64,000 nucleotides of DNA from Chara braunii (lineage: Eukaryota; Plantae; Charophyceae). The notes beneath the pieces are model-generated. The model saw only the letters and a list, made by a program, of their open reading frames with translations. It had not been told where the DNA came from and ran no database searches. The DNA lies in contig BFEA01000012.1 of the NCBI GenBank assembly GCA_003427395.1, forward strand, positions 1,211,986 to 1,275,985. The letters run 5' to 3'. Shown piece after piece: positions 50,007 through 62,473 of this stretch; the first letter of the stretch is position 1; every line of letters begins with the position of its first letter. Position numbers and translations under genes: made by a program.

Positions 50007-50700
50007 TCAATCGTTGCTCCTGTTCCCGTGGGCGGTATCTCCCGAGTAGTTGTTGCCGGTTTCCTCTAGGTTGGTGGCTGCAGCCGTCGGCTCAGTATGT
50101 GCTGTGTTGTCAGGCAGTTCTATCCTCCTTTGGTCGGCGAGTAGAGCATCTCCCGTCCTAGTGATGGCAACCGCATAGTCAGCTCCTGAACCAAACATGG
50201 CACCGAACCAAAAGTAGCAATTGCCTCCAATGTCATCTCCATGATCCAGTGTTCTGATGACTGAGGAGGCGACGTTTGACATGATGTCCCTAGAAGCTGG
50301 CCATAGTATCCTGTCCTTCTCCGCAGGGAAGGCCTCCTCACCGATCCTCCCTCTCAGTCTTGCTTCGCAGTTGATGATGCGATCTTCCGATCTGGTTCCC
50401 AGGCAACTGATCTCTCCTGTGCAGTTTCCTCGGTACTCCATTTTAAGTACTATACCACACAAGGTCGTGAGTGGTGGTAAGGTAGTCATGATCTCTGCGA
50501 GCATGAGATTATCGATGGCGACAGCAGGTCCGATGGTCAGACCTGCTTCTCTGTCCTTCCCAGTGCATAGGCTCCTGGATTTTAAGCACATACGGGCCGC
50601 TTGGGGGCAAAGGGAGGAAGATTTCCGGGTCAATTTCAGCTCTGGTAATCTTCGGAATCTGTCTGTCAGCCTCCTCCTCCATGGTCAGACTTGGGCTAGA
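50007..50700 (-). CDS. Unknown ORF remnant co-oriented upstream of the PLE RT
   Basis: 208-codon open frame with globular-protein-like composition; probable frameshift at the 5' end; no recognised domain. Confidence 0.3.
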
Positions 50701-50866
50701 AGAGGGGGGTTGGGGCACAGGCAATGTCCGTGATTCTCACTCAGAAAGAACCGGGGGGGCTAGACCTGCACCATGCATACATACATATATATGTAGGTAT
50801 AGATATAGGCATAGATATAGACATAGATATAGATATAGATATGGTTAGCTAATTAGTGGATTGGTA

Positions 50867-51073
50867 CTAGTACCCTACGTCAAGAGCAATCATATAACAC
50901 AAGGCAATCAAGAGGAGCAGAGTGATGGTGAGAGTCCTTCGAAGTTGCCGGATCTTTTTTCTCAGCGCTGAGGATTCCCTTATAAGTCCTCCTTTTTGCC
51001 GGATCCGAGTATCAATGTCATTTAGTGTGGCAATCCTATGCTGCTGCCATCGTCTCCTACTCCCGCTGATCAC
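50867..51073 (-). CDS. Small coiled-coil plus C-terminal transmembrane peptide (putative)
   Basis: Basic heptad-like stretch followed by hydrophobic TLTITLLLLIALCYMIAL. Confidence 0.3.
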   Translation of the reverse strand: MISGSRRRWQQHRIATLNDIDTRIRQKGGLIRESSALRKKIRQLRRTLTITLLLLIALCYMIALDVGY

Positions 51074-51298
51074 CGTCCTATGGTTGTCCTTAAGCCTTCA
51101 CATCACTCGACTCACCCAGATGCCAGGATTAGTACTAGGCTGCTCGATACCTACAATCTCCACGCCTGACCGGTGAAGCACGCTGACAGCGATGTGGTTA
51201 CTTCGTTCGATAAGTATCTCGCAAAGGTTTTCAAGCTCTCTCCGAAGCGCGTAGAAGCTGGTCGTAGCTTTCCATCTCTACGCTGGCAGCATACCAGG

Positions 51299-52020
51299 TC
51301 AATAGCTTGCTGCAGAGCCGTCTCCTGCTGGACTATTGTTCACGACTGCTGACTGCTGGCTGCTGCTGATGCATGAAGAAGAACTGCCAGGAGGGTTTGC
51401 TGCGATCCTGAAGGAGTTCAGGAGGGTCTGCTGCCTAGGGGAGTTAATGCACTGCCTCTTGTTCCTCCCGCCCGCTGGAGACCTGTTCTTCTTCTTCCTC
51501 GGATTCGGCAGTTCTGGGGCAGGTTGTCCCGGTGTAATGCGGGTAGGGAGGATGAGATTGGCTAGGATCCTGGGGCAGGGGTGCGCCTTAAATGTGCTGC
51601 CTGCCAGGGCATCTGTCGTCATCAGCTCTGGGTTCTGTTCCAGGTTGCGGAGGACATGCAGCATCATTTCTCGCATGCAGGTCGCACGTGGCGCCTTGGT
51701 CTTCTTCCTGAGAAGATAGACCGCCTCTCGGGTTTTGTGTATGGAGGGCAAGCTGCAGATGTCGTGCAGCATAAGGCAAATGGCATGTGCAGTGTATTCC
51801 GGGTTAAAGATCCCGGGGTACTCTCCCAGAATCACATCACCGACAGAGCTACACACTCTTGCATTCTTGAACAAAATCCCAACAACATTGTTCTTGCCAA
51901 CGTATCGACCATGTTCATACATTCCATTTGTAACAACTTTTCGCCCTAATCAAAGACCAATTCATCAAACGATATTTCATCATCCGAGTATTTCCATCTA
52001 CTGTAACACCCGCGGTCCCT
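51299..52020 (-). pseudogene. hAT transposase remnant (DUF659-like)
   Basis: GVTVDG..RLMNW upstream, then VGKNNVVGILFKNARVC..YPGIF..TAHAICLMLHDIC. Confidence 0.65.
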
Positions 52021-52879
52021 TATCTTGAAAGATGCAAAAATGGCAGTCATGCATCATTCAGTTCTCCGTGTGCTCTGCACCCCTGCCCCGTTATTCCATG
52101 ACTTATCAAACGCAAGTCCATCAGACAACTATTCCATGACAAGCATACATGGTCATTCATGCCATAAAGTAGGTGGGGAGAAGAAGTGTGAAATGAGAAC
52201 AATAAGATAGATGAACATCACGCAAAAATCCGAAGGTGAAAAAAGTTTCCGGCTTAACTGCCGTGGAGCTGCACTCACACCAAGGAATAGATTCGAGACA
52301 AGGAGGCGCATCCCCCGTGAAGTTCCACTATGGCCCCGGGCCGTTTGAAGATCTTTGCTTTTTAGATTACTGGTTGGGCATTGGTCCTTAGCCTGAAATT
52401 CGAGGTCCTTGTCCAAGACATGCAAGGTTCTGGTCCAGCACAGAAGGGTTTCCCCTATGAGTCGGACCTACACCCCTTGCTTATTGTCATCCACTGCTTA
52501 AAAGTCAGGGCCGCCACAAGGGCTGAACGACTTATCCTTCAACCGTTCAATAGTGTGAAAGAGAGCCCCTTCACGATATTCCAATTTTAAACTTGAGTGT
52601 CATGCGCAACCTTGAAACCCACGAGAGGTTGCGTTGTTAGGGGTAACGCATGAAGCGTCGCCATGGTAGTCGATCGAGTGAGTACATATGACTGAGTGTT
52701 ATCACCTCCCTTGCACGTGCATTTTTTTAATGCAACTTCGCGGCGACCTCGCTTAGACACTTTAGCGTCATTTGAGTTATGGATCGAGACGTTTAAAAAA
52801 AGTGACTAGACATATATGTAAGTTTAATTTAGTAAAATTATTTTTTTGTGTGACGCGCGACAACGTTAGGATGTCCTAG

Positions 52880-54012
52880 TCGACCGACAAAGAAACGTGA
52901 GTGGGAGATCAGCGCCCCGTGCGACGGTTCACGTACGAATCCAATCTAGGCGTGGACCACGAGTAACCCCTTTACTACAGCCTATGAGAAACGCCCTCGG
53001 TTGGACCACCTCCGCGATTGCACGTAAAAACTTTCGCACGTGGCTCAGTAACTCGGCGGGGATACGCCCACCTAAAGGATGGTGACAGCTCCCGCGGGTG
53101 GAGGTAAGTTGTACCTCGCGAGACCCTATCCTGTCGTAGGGACTCAATGGAGGTATACCTGGCGCACTCGGCCGGAGCAGCTCCGCTGCTTCCCCTTACA
53201 TGAAGCGACTTGCAAATCTGCCAATCTTGCTTGACGTGGTGGGGAAGGTCCCCTCCACGAGAACCGCTCGCTCGACAGCGCGTCCCACCAGCGATGTGCG
53301 CAGACCCTCCCAATTGGCTCGCCGGTCAACTGCCATGTTGACCAGCATGTCCCCATGGGCTGCTAGGGGGCCCGTGACAACCAGTCTCAACCCCAGTATC
53401 CTTATGGCATCTTCCTTGCGGGCGAATGCTATGCTCGACTCGACAAGGAGTCGTTGTCCTTGAGGATGGAGCAACCAACCCTCAGTCTTGGAGCCCAATT
53501 AACCTTTATGTCGACCACCAACGAAAAAAGGTGAATAACTTAAGTGAGAGCTTGGAGGCTAGTTGGATATGAACTTATTAGTATGGTAAGGTCATCCGCA
53601 AAGAGTAATATCATCGGTATAAGGTGGTGCGGTATGTGTGGGATGGTCACCTTGCTGATACAAGGGTGCGCTCTAATCATCGATGCAAGGGCATCTATGA
53701 CAATAACAAACAACAATGATGCAATGGGGTCTCCCTAACGCACCGATCTTTAAAGGCGAATCGGCGGTGAGAGATGGCCATTGAGCATTATGTTGGTTGT
53801 GGCCGACGTATGCACCAGGTTCACCTATTGACAAAAACTCGGACCAAAGTTCATTTTAAGTCGGTACATGTCGAGGAAGGCCCAATGGACATGGTCATAT
53901 GCCTTTTCAAAGTCTGTGAAGAGGATCGCAACTTTGACTATTCGTTGGCGGACGTATTTGATGGTCTCACAAACCAACATGATATTATCTTGGGTGTTAC
54001 GATTGGGCATTA
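52880..54012 (-). pseudogene. LINE RT fragment (same clade as 8008-11470), truncated next to the LTR
   Basis: QDNIML..KY..AILFTDFEKAYDHV.W.FLD..MNFGP; GDPIA.LLF; FADD; SKTEGW.LHPQ; W.GL.TS.VGRA. Confidence 0.88.
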
Positions 54013-54226
54013 ATGATTTTTGGAAATACTTGTGATGTACCAGCTTCTTTACTTGAATGAACTTTTGAAGCCCTGAGTTTTGTTATCCGTGCGTTTTCAA
54101 TCTCTGACGGGTTTAAAGGGTGGGGTACCCTTCTTTTTGGTTGGTGGTATGCATGAGATCAATGACTAATGAGACCCTCCTACTTTGCAAAACTTATTTT
54201 TTTTATTCTTTCTGAGGACTTTTTCA

Positions 54227-54324
54227 GTAGGAAGATTCTCATGCCCAGCCGGCCCTGCCCGGCCGGGCACCCGGGCGTGATGCCCGGGGGGGTCTGACGC
54301 CCGGGGTACTTGGGCGTGCAAAAA

Positions 54325-54383
<59 letters not shown>

Positions 54384-54767
54384 GTTTTCTGCGCTCTCAC
54401 AGAGGACTCCAAATCCGGGCTCATTTCGTTTTTTGCGAGTTGGCTGTCAAGGGGGGGGGGAGGGGGGTATAAATTGGTTTTAAAGGAGCTAAAGGGGTCT
54501 AAAGGGGGATGCCTTTGTGTGATTCTATTATTTTCCTTTTTATCTCCGATTCTGTGAGGAATTATAATGTGACCCTCAGCCAAAACTGGTTTGCATTTCA
54601 ATCCTACACAACATATTTTTTTTCCGAAATTTTTTGATTTTTTTTTTTTTTTTTTTTTTTTGGCTCTGGGGCTGCCTGGAACCCTGCCCGGGGGTCATGC
54701 CCGGCTGGGCACCCGGGCGTGTACCCGGGCAGAAGTTGGGTGCCCGGGCGCCCGGGAAAACAGCCCA
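54227..54767. mobile_element. GC-rich MITE inserted in the first LTR
   Basis: Absent from the second LTR; ACTTTTTCA duplicated at 54218-54226 and 54768-54776; CCGGGCACCCGGGC subterminal repeats. Confidence 0.8.
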
Positions 54768-55975
54768 ACTTTTTCACAATTTTTTTTCCGGTGATCCACA
54801 ATTTTACTTATGACTTACGCGCATCTTAGTAAGCGCGCTAATAATTTTGATCGGTAACGCTTCCTGTGCGTGTCCTTTCTTACAAATGAATATTCCTAAA
54901 TTCGCCCTTGAAGGTTCTGTGAATTTTCAGTAGGATCAAAGTAGACGTAAAATTTTTCCCACGCCCACTCTCACGTGTGGATACCATTTTTTAATCTCTC
55001 AATCTTGAATTAGCCTTAGAACTAGGATGAGCGAAATGTAATTGTTTTGGTGCCTTTTTGTTTCTGTGCGGGCACCATGTATACAAACTTCCCTAGCTTT
55101 CTACCATCCCCACGCCCTCTTCGCCTCTCTCTTCGTCGCGCCTTCTTTCCTCCATCTGTAACTATTTTTTATCCCCTCTCCCTATGCGCTTCTCTTCCGC
55201 TCCTTTTCGTCCGAATCTTGGTCATGCTTCGCACTACCCTTCGTGCTTTCCTTCTTCCCACCTTAAGGAACTCCCTACCGATCCCCCCCCCCCGCTTTCA
55301 TGGGACTCAAGCCACCAGGCAACATCGTGTAAGGATGATACTCCCCTCACATTGTAATTTGATTCGTTGTAAAGGAACCCGCGGGGATCGATATGGATTT
55401 CACAGGGTGATTTACCCGAACTCTCCCTTCGCCCCCTCTTACCTCCACCCCGTTCCTTCCCATCTTCTATCCTCCTCTTCATAACTATAAAATTCGCAAG
55501 CGCATCCGAAAAAAACTCTCTCTCAACCCATCTGCCAGCTTCGGGGAAGTCCTGGCTAGATGATGTGTATGTACGACGAGTCGAAAAGTCCTGACGAGCT
55601 GAATGTAGTTTTGCAAGGTTGTGTGTCGGGTGGCCGTGATGGACTGTGGGATGTGGGCAAGTCGGTGTAGAAGCTGAGTTGGCGGGATGGTGATCGTTGT
55701 GGTGTGGGGTTGGTATGTGGCGGCCGAGATCGGCAGTACCCGGGTAAGGAAGACGTGTGTGTACGAGCAGTTGTATGGCCCAAGGCCATAGTCAAAGAGC
55801 ATAAGACTTGTGTGCCTTCGATCTTGGGTTCCTCATCTTCTTATATTGAAAGCTAAGTTCGTGGCGGATTGCCAATTTTGGTTCTCAGATGTATCCGTGT
55901 GCTCATAACTGCTCCTTTGCCTTAATCTTCTTCTTAAGTGTAGCTAAGGCTCCGTCTACTACTTCCTTCCACCTC

Positions 55976-56026
<51 letters not shown>

Positions 56027-56027
56027 N

Positions 56028-56115
<88 letters not shown>

Positions 56116-57955
56116 TTCTCTTGATATTTCTTTCATGAATTGATAACTCCCTCGTCCGTATCATTTCCCGAGGTCTTGTCTTGCTCGTCTCATTGGATTG
56201 AATCAGATCTCACGAGGACGACCATTGTCGAGTCTAAAGAAACCAGTGGGAACATGCGATCTTATTTCATCCTGCTCTCTGCTCCTAAGTATTCCATGGT
56301 TAATGCATGAGTGATCTCTTTCACACATGTATCGATTGAGTTGTTACCCTTACGATGGGAACAAAGCAAAGATTTCATGTGATCACTTCGATGCATACGT
56401 AACTATTTACACGAATGAAGAATGGTCGTTCTGTCGACTGATTGCATTGCATGGACTTACGCTTTGGATTGTTTTGCACAATGAGTGGAAGATAATGCAT
56501 ATCGTGGTGTCTGTTTATTCCTTTGATCGAATAACTGATTGATTAGACACACGGGATCAGCCTCGCTTATGCCATGTTGACCGATTGCCCCGATCCGAGT
56601 GAGCGTCAACTTTCTGTACCCCTGCCCCACCCATTCCCGTACAACTTGGAAAGGACACATGCATGTGAGTGAGACGTAGGAAAAGCCGTTGACAAGATCG
56701 GTGAACGCTGCTATTTCCTTCTTGAAACAATGTGCTTAGGATTCATAGGCGTTGGTTTTGTTACTATTGATACTCACTTTCCCCCGTACTCATTGTTATT
56801 ACCTTTTAACAAGTTGATTCTCATCTTGTGGATGACGGTGGCACCTCATTGGCCCAACACTCTGTGTAACGACTCACGAGTGTCGCCGCACTGAACGTTA
56901 TTAGGAAAAAGGGTTCCGCTATCGGACACGTGGCGAGGGCGAACATAAGGAAAGAGCAACTAGACTGAGACCATCCACGTCGGATTTCGAGCTTGGTAAC
57001 GAACGACGCCAAAACTTAATTCAAAAACGAGATCTCATGTGCGTACCCTTGCCTTTGCGCTAAAAAAAATGTAGAGTAGCTTGCATGGAAGTTCAAAGAT
57101 ACTTTTTGGATTAAAACAAACGTTTGAAAGCCTTGGCGCTATTTCTTTTCTGCTCGGCTATGAGCCTATGACCATTCTTACTAAACCGGAACCATATGGC
57201 GAATTTCAGTTCTTTCTCTGTCCCCACACTCAATTTTTCTAAAAATCTTTGGGACGTCCAATTTGTTATTCTTTTGGGGCCTATTCCCCGTATTTTACCA
57301 CTTTGACCGAAAGATTGTATAGGGCATGAGGTAGGTATCGGAGCCGACACATGTCGGTTCTGGTGATGGAGAGAGGACGTGCACCCTCTCGAACGAATTG
57401 AAGAAGTCCTCCCTTCACTCGAAACAGGTCAATGGAGGCAAGACAAGAGACAACCATGATCAACACTTATGTGCCTCGAGTAATGGTAAGCATTACAACC
57501 ACCTTTCCACTCAAGTCTATCCTAATCACAGTCATCCTGAGGCATGGCTCAAAGTTGTAGAGGCTCAGGGTTATGCAGACGTTGATCCCCCTGGAGTCAT
57601 CACTTTGCTCGTAAGAAACACCACCCACGATTGGTTCAAGCACCATAGATGAGAAGATTGAGTTACGTTCAAAAATATCTTTTTAGCCAAATTTGATGAG
57701 GTAAGCAAGTATGCTACTTGGTTTGTACTAAAAACGCGCCCTCAAGAACCAAGGGAATTATTGCCAAACTTTGTGGATAGGTTTCAAATGGCCTTAGGTA
57801 AGTTTGGACGGGAAGAAAACGCTGCTCGAGGATGATTCACAAATCATCTTCACAATCTTGCCTTAAAGGCAAAATTGAAAAAAAGAAAGTTCCACCAAAA
57901 ACAACCCAACCACCGGCGATAATTGCCAAGACCCTTAAGCTGGATTCACTGGATA

Positions 57956-58300
57956 CAACTGCCATTTCGTCAAAATGGACATTTTTTATTTTTTGAACGA
58001 AATTGAAACCGAGTTTTTTGACCGAAAACTCGTCAAAATTTGTTGTTCCTGAGGGTCCAGCGTTTTACAAACGCTGGACCCCCTGGCTGTACATACACCT
58101 ACCTCGACACCAAGCACCTCTAGGCAGTCCTGCTTGGAGGTGCCTGGTCTCGAGGTAGGTCTATGTACAACCAGAAGGTCCAGCGTTTGTAAAACGCTGG
58201 ACCGTCAGGAACAACAAATTTTGACGAGTTTTCAGTCAAAAAACTCCGTTTCAATTTCGTTCAAAAAAAAAAAGAGTCCATTTTGACAAAATGGTCATTA
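57956..58300. mobile_element. 345-bp foldback/hairpin MITE flanked by TA
   Basis: The whole element is a near-perfect palindrome centred near 58126; TA at 57954-57955 and 58301-58302. Confidence 0.8.
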
Positions 58301-58813
58301 TACACGTAAGTCATAGATCAGGGCGACGAAGATATAGCTGACACGATAAAAGATGTGGCTGCAAAACGTCGATCTTGGCTAAGATCGATTGGGCGGTTTT
58401 ACCACCGCCACGATCCCAAAATCCCAGTCGGGCCATCACTGAGTCATATCCCTCGTACTCTCCCTACTGTTGTCTCTCCTCCTTCCAAGACCTCTCCTGT
58501 TACCGCACTCTTACCTCAGTCCTCAGCACAAGTGTTCATCACCAACTTGCATTTAGCTCTAGTGATTCATACCACCACCTCTCGACAATCAAATTGGATG
58601 TATCATTGAATACCGACTTAGACTTCACAAATGGATTGATTACAGCGAGTCTTGCGGGAGCAGATAAATGCGAACTCAAAAACGATACATGCCAATCCTC
58701 CTCCGTCGTACCCCTTATTGCCTGCCCCTCCGACAAAGACGCAAGATGCTCTCCCTGCTCCCCCTGTACCTCACCAAACTGTCGTTTTCTTAGGTACAAT
58801 GGAGTGTTATAAC

Positions 58814-59336
58814 CTATGTATCACCTGCGGTCATGACCGCGGGCTTTTTGGCCGCCTGCGGGCATTATCATGCCCGCGGGGCCCAACCGCTGAGGTCAAG
58901 TGTTTTCGGAAAACCCCGACATTTTTAATTCCTAGGATAATAGTCAAAAAAAAAAAAAAAAAAAAGGAGTTATAGGGTTTCAAAAACCCTACCTTCCTAT
59001 ATATATATATATATTTTTGATGTCCTAAATAATTTTAATAAATAGAAAATGAAAAAATAAAGTATTAAAATCAAAAGAAACATAATAAAAAAAAAGGGGA
59101 ATTTTTTTTATTTTTTTTTTTCGGATTGCAGGTGGGATAATCATGGTGCACATGATTCTTGGATTCTTTTTTTTCCCCTTCATATGCAAATATAAAACGA
59201 AAAAAAAAAAAAACAGATATAATGAAGAAAAAAAACGAAGCCGTTTTCTTTTCTTTTTTCCTTGTTTTTTTTTCGTTTTTGATAGACAAATAAACTGATT
59301 GATTGATTGAGTGATTGATTTAAAAAAAATGAATGC

Positions 59337-59425
<89 letters not shown>

Positions 59426-59596
59426 TGTGTGTATGTGTGTGTGTGTATGTGTGTGTGTGTGCGTGTGTGTGCGCGTGCGCGCGAGTGTGTGTGTGTGTGT
59501 GTGTTCGCGCTTGTTTGTGTGTGGGTGCGCGCGCGTGTGTGGGTGCATGTGTGTGTGTGTGTGTGCCGGGGGGAGGGGAGGGAGGACCCTTCCCCC

Positions 59597-59630
<34 letters not shown>

Positions 59631-59670
59631 TAATCAAGCAATCAATCAAGCAATCAATCAACCAATCAAC

Positions 59671-59709
<39 letters not shown>

Positions 59710-59710
59710 C

Positions 59711-59745
<35 letters not shown>

Positions 59746-60029
59746 CCAATTAATCAATCAATCAATCTATCAATCAATCAATATTTTTTTTTCCTTTTTT
59801 TTTTTTTCCACACACAAAAAATCAGCCCCCCAAAATGTATTTATTTTTACTTTTTTTTGTTCAAGGGGGTAGGGTCGAGGTTCCGGAACCCCAATCCGCA
59901 ACCCCCTCTCCCCTCGGTCGCAGCGGGCCGCCGAAGTCCGCGGCCGGTGTGGTCATGACCGCGGCCTTACGACCACGGCCGTGGCCCGTGGTCGTGCCCG
60001 CGGTGCCTGCGGCCGCGGGGGATTTGTAG
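58814..60029. mobile_element. hAT-like non-autonomous element containing (GT)n and (ATCA)n
   Basis: 8-bp TSD GTTATAAC at 58806-58813 and 60030-60037; imperfect 17-bp TIRs starting CTA; CCGCGG subterminal repeats. Confidence 0.85.
59341..59781. repeat. (GT)n and (ATCA)n microsatellites
   Basis: Directly visible. Confidence 0.95.
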
Positions 60030-62392
60030 GTTATAACTGCAAGCATCTCGAACACTTCGCCCGGAACTGCCCCTTTCCGAAACGACATACTCGAAGTTAT
60101 AGGAGAATCAGACAAGAATTCCCCTTCTCCACGTCCAGTTTTTTGTTGCCCTCTTGATTACATTTCTTTCTCCCCACTCCCCCACGTCGAATTTCCCTTC
60201 TATTATTGTATCTTCGCCTCAGCTCTTCTATCGCCACTGTCTTGTCCGCATGCTGTGCGAAGTCCACCCCCACGCCGCTCCATCCTTTCCCCTCAATATT
60301 CTCCTCTTTAGTGTCACATCGATGCAATCCAACCATATGGAGTTGTATTGCATCATCTTCAAGACCTTCCCTACTGTGGAAGACTATGAGTCCATGCGCT
60401 ATAATACCATGTGCACGATTCTCACTCTCTACATTGAATACCTCACACCCCTTCCTCGACCCAATCATTGATTCCCCCGTGGTCATCGGATCGTCCATTT
60501 TGTTGATCTCGGTGACGAAACCTGCAATTACTTTCCCCCGCTCCCTTCGCAGTGGCCCCAACCCCCTCCCTCTCTGCTCCTAGCTAATTACAATCGAGTG
60601 CAACATCAATAAGTCGGTGATGACCAGAAGAGCGGATCGAAACCTTGACGATGTCATATGGAAGATAGTTATACATTCAAGGTCCCGAGCTCCTTTCCTG
60701 GAGTGGTGGAGGATTGTCGACAAGACACGATGACAGCCGCCTCGCGAGGATATTGCAATTGAAGTTGGCGTCATCATATGATTCTCTCTAACCTCTGACG
60801 TTGTTTCAATGTGGTGGCAGATGTTTTCCTCTGGTTATTGATATGTTGGGTTCCTCTTCTCCCTTTCCTCCTTCTCATGTGAATTAGCCTTTCTGATTTT
60901 CGTGCATGCTATCGGGAGATAGCATAGTTTTGGAACCCCCTTAATTCACATATGTGACGTACCAACTTCTAAACTTGAACGAACTTCTCAAAACCTGAGT
61001 TTTGTTATTCGTGTTTTTTTTTTAAAATCTATAATAGGCTAAAAGGGGGGGAGGTAGCCATCCTTTTGGTTGGTGGTATGCATGAGAGCAACGACTGACG
61101 AGGCCCTCCTACTTTGTAAACCTCGTTGTTTTTTTTCTTTATAAGGACTTTTTTGCAATTTTTTTCTGGTGACCCACAAATTTACGTAGGACTTACGCGC
61201 GCCTTAGTAAGCGCACTAGGAATCTTAATCGCCAGTTGGGAATCCTTAAGTTAGTGGTCACGCTTCCTGCTAACGTGTCCTTTCTTGCAAATGTTTGTAA
61301 ATTCGTCCTTAAAGGCTCTGTAAATTTTCAATAGGATCTGAATAGACGTAGGATTTTTTACTGCGCTTAGTCTCGCACGTCACGGTGGAATCCGTGGATA
61401 TCATTTTTGCATTTCTCAACCTTGAATTAACCTTAGAACTAGGATGAGCGGAACGTAACTATTTTGATGCCTTTTTGTTTCTGACAGTGTGTCGGCACCA
61501 TGTATGCAAACTTCCCTTGCTTTCTACCATTCCCACGCCCTCTTCGACTCTCTCTTCTTCGTGCCTTTTTTCCTCTATCTGTAAGTGTTTTTATCCCCTC
61601 TCCCTACGGGCTTCTCTCCCGCTCCTTTTCGTCTGAATCTTGGTCCCGCTCCACACTACGCTTCATGGTTTCTTCCCACCTTTAGGAACTCCCTATCGAT
61701 TCCCTCCCCCCCTTAGGGTACTAAAGCCATAAGACGACATCGTGTAAGGAGGATACTCCCCTCACGTTGTAATATGATTGGTTGTAAAAGCACCCTTGGG
61801 GATCGATATGACTTTCCCCGGACAATTTACCTGAACTTTCCCTTCGCCCCCTCCTACCTCCACCTCGTTCCTTCCCATCTTCTATCCTCCTCTTCACAGC
61901 TATAAAATTCGCAAACCCATCCAAAAAACTATCTTTCAACGCATCGCCAACTTCCGAGAAGTCATGGCTAGATGATGTGTATGTATGACGAGTCGAAAAG
62001 TCCTCACGAGCTGACTGTAGTTTTGCAAGGTTGTGTATCGAGTGATCGCGATGAATTGGGGGATCAGGGCAAGTCGGTGTAGAAGCTGAGCTGGTGAGGT
62101 GACGATCACTGTGTTGTGGGGTTGGTATGCGGCGGTTGGATCGCTAATACCAAGGTAAGGAAGGTGTGTGTGTACGAGTGGTTGTATGGACCGGGCCCAT
62201 AGTGAGAGAGCAGAAGACTTGCGTGCCTTTAATCTTCGGTTATTCCTTTTTTTATATTGGAAGCTAAGTTCACGGCGGATTGATGGTTTTAGTTCTCAAA
62301 TCTATCCGTGTGCGCTTAACTCCCCCTTTGCCTTAGAGCCCTTCTTTGGTTGAGCTACGGCTCCGTCTACCTCCTTCGACCTCATTTTTTTT

Positions 62393-62473
<81 letters not shown>

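Larger units (their letters stand above)
57520..60075 (+). pseudogene. gag: gag remnant split by two insertions
   Basis: W..V..QGY..HDWF..FKNIFLAKF..L..RPQEPRE..NFVDRF; the zinc knuckle CYNCKHLEHFARNC is restored by excising 58814-60037. Confidence 0.7.

Noticed and set aside
50150-50240. GIY-YIG endonuclease in the ORF upstream of the PLE RT
   Set aside because: CYFW..DYAV lacks the YxG motif and the downstream R/H/E residues.
59025-59958. Long HT/VC/NQSI-repeat ORFs, and the ER/SL-repeat ORFs elsewhere
   Set aside because: Translations of microsatellites.
61088-61128. Hammerhead-like CTGACGA flanked by CAACGA/TCGTTG in the LTR
   Set aside because: No GAAA, no stem II or III, and the core is degenerate in the other LTR copy.
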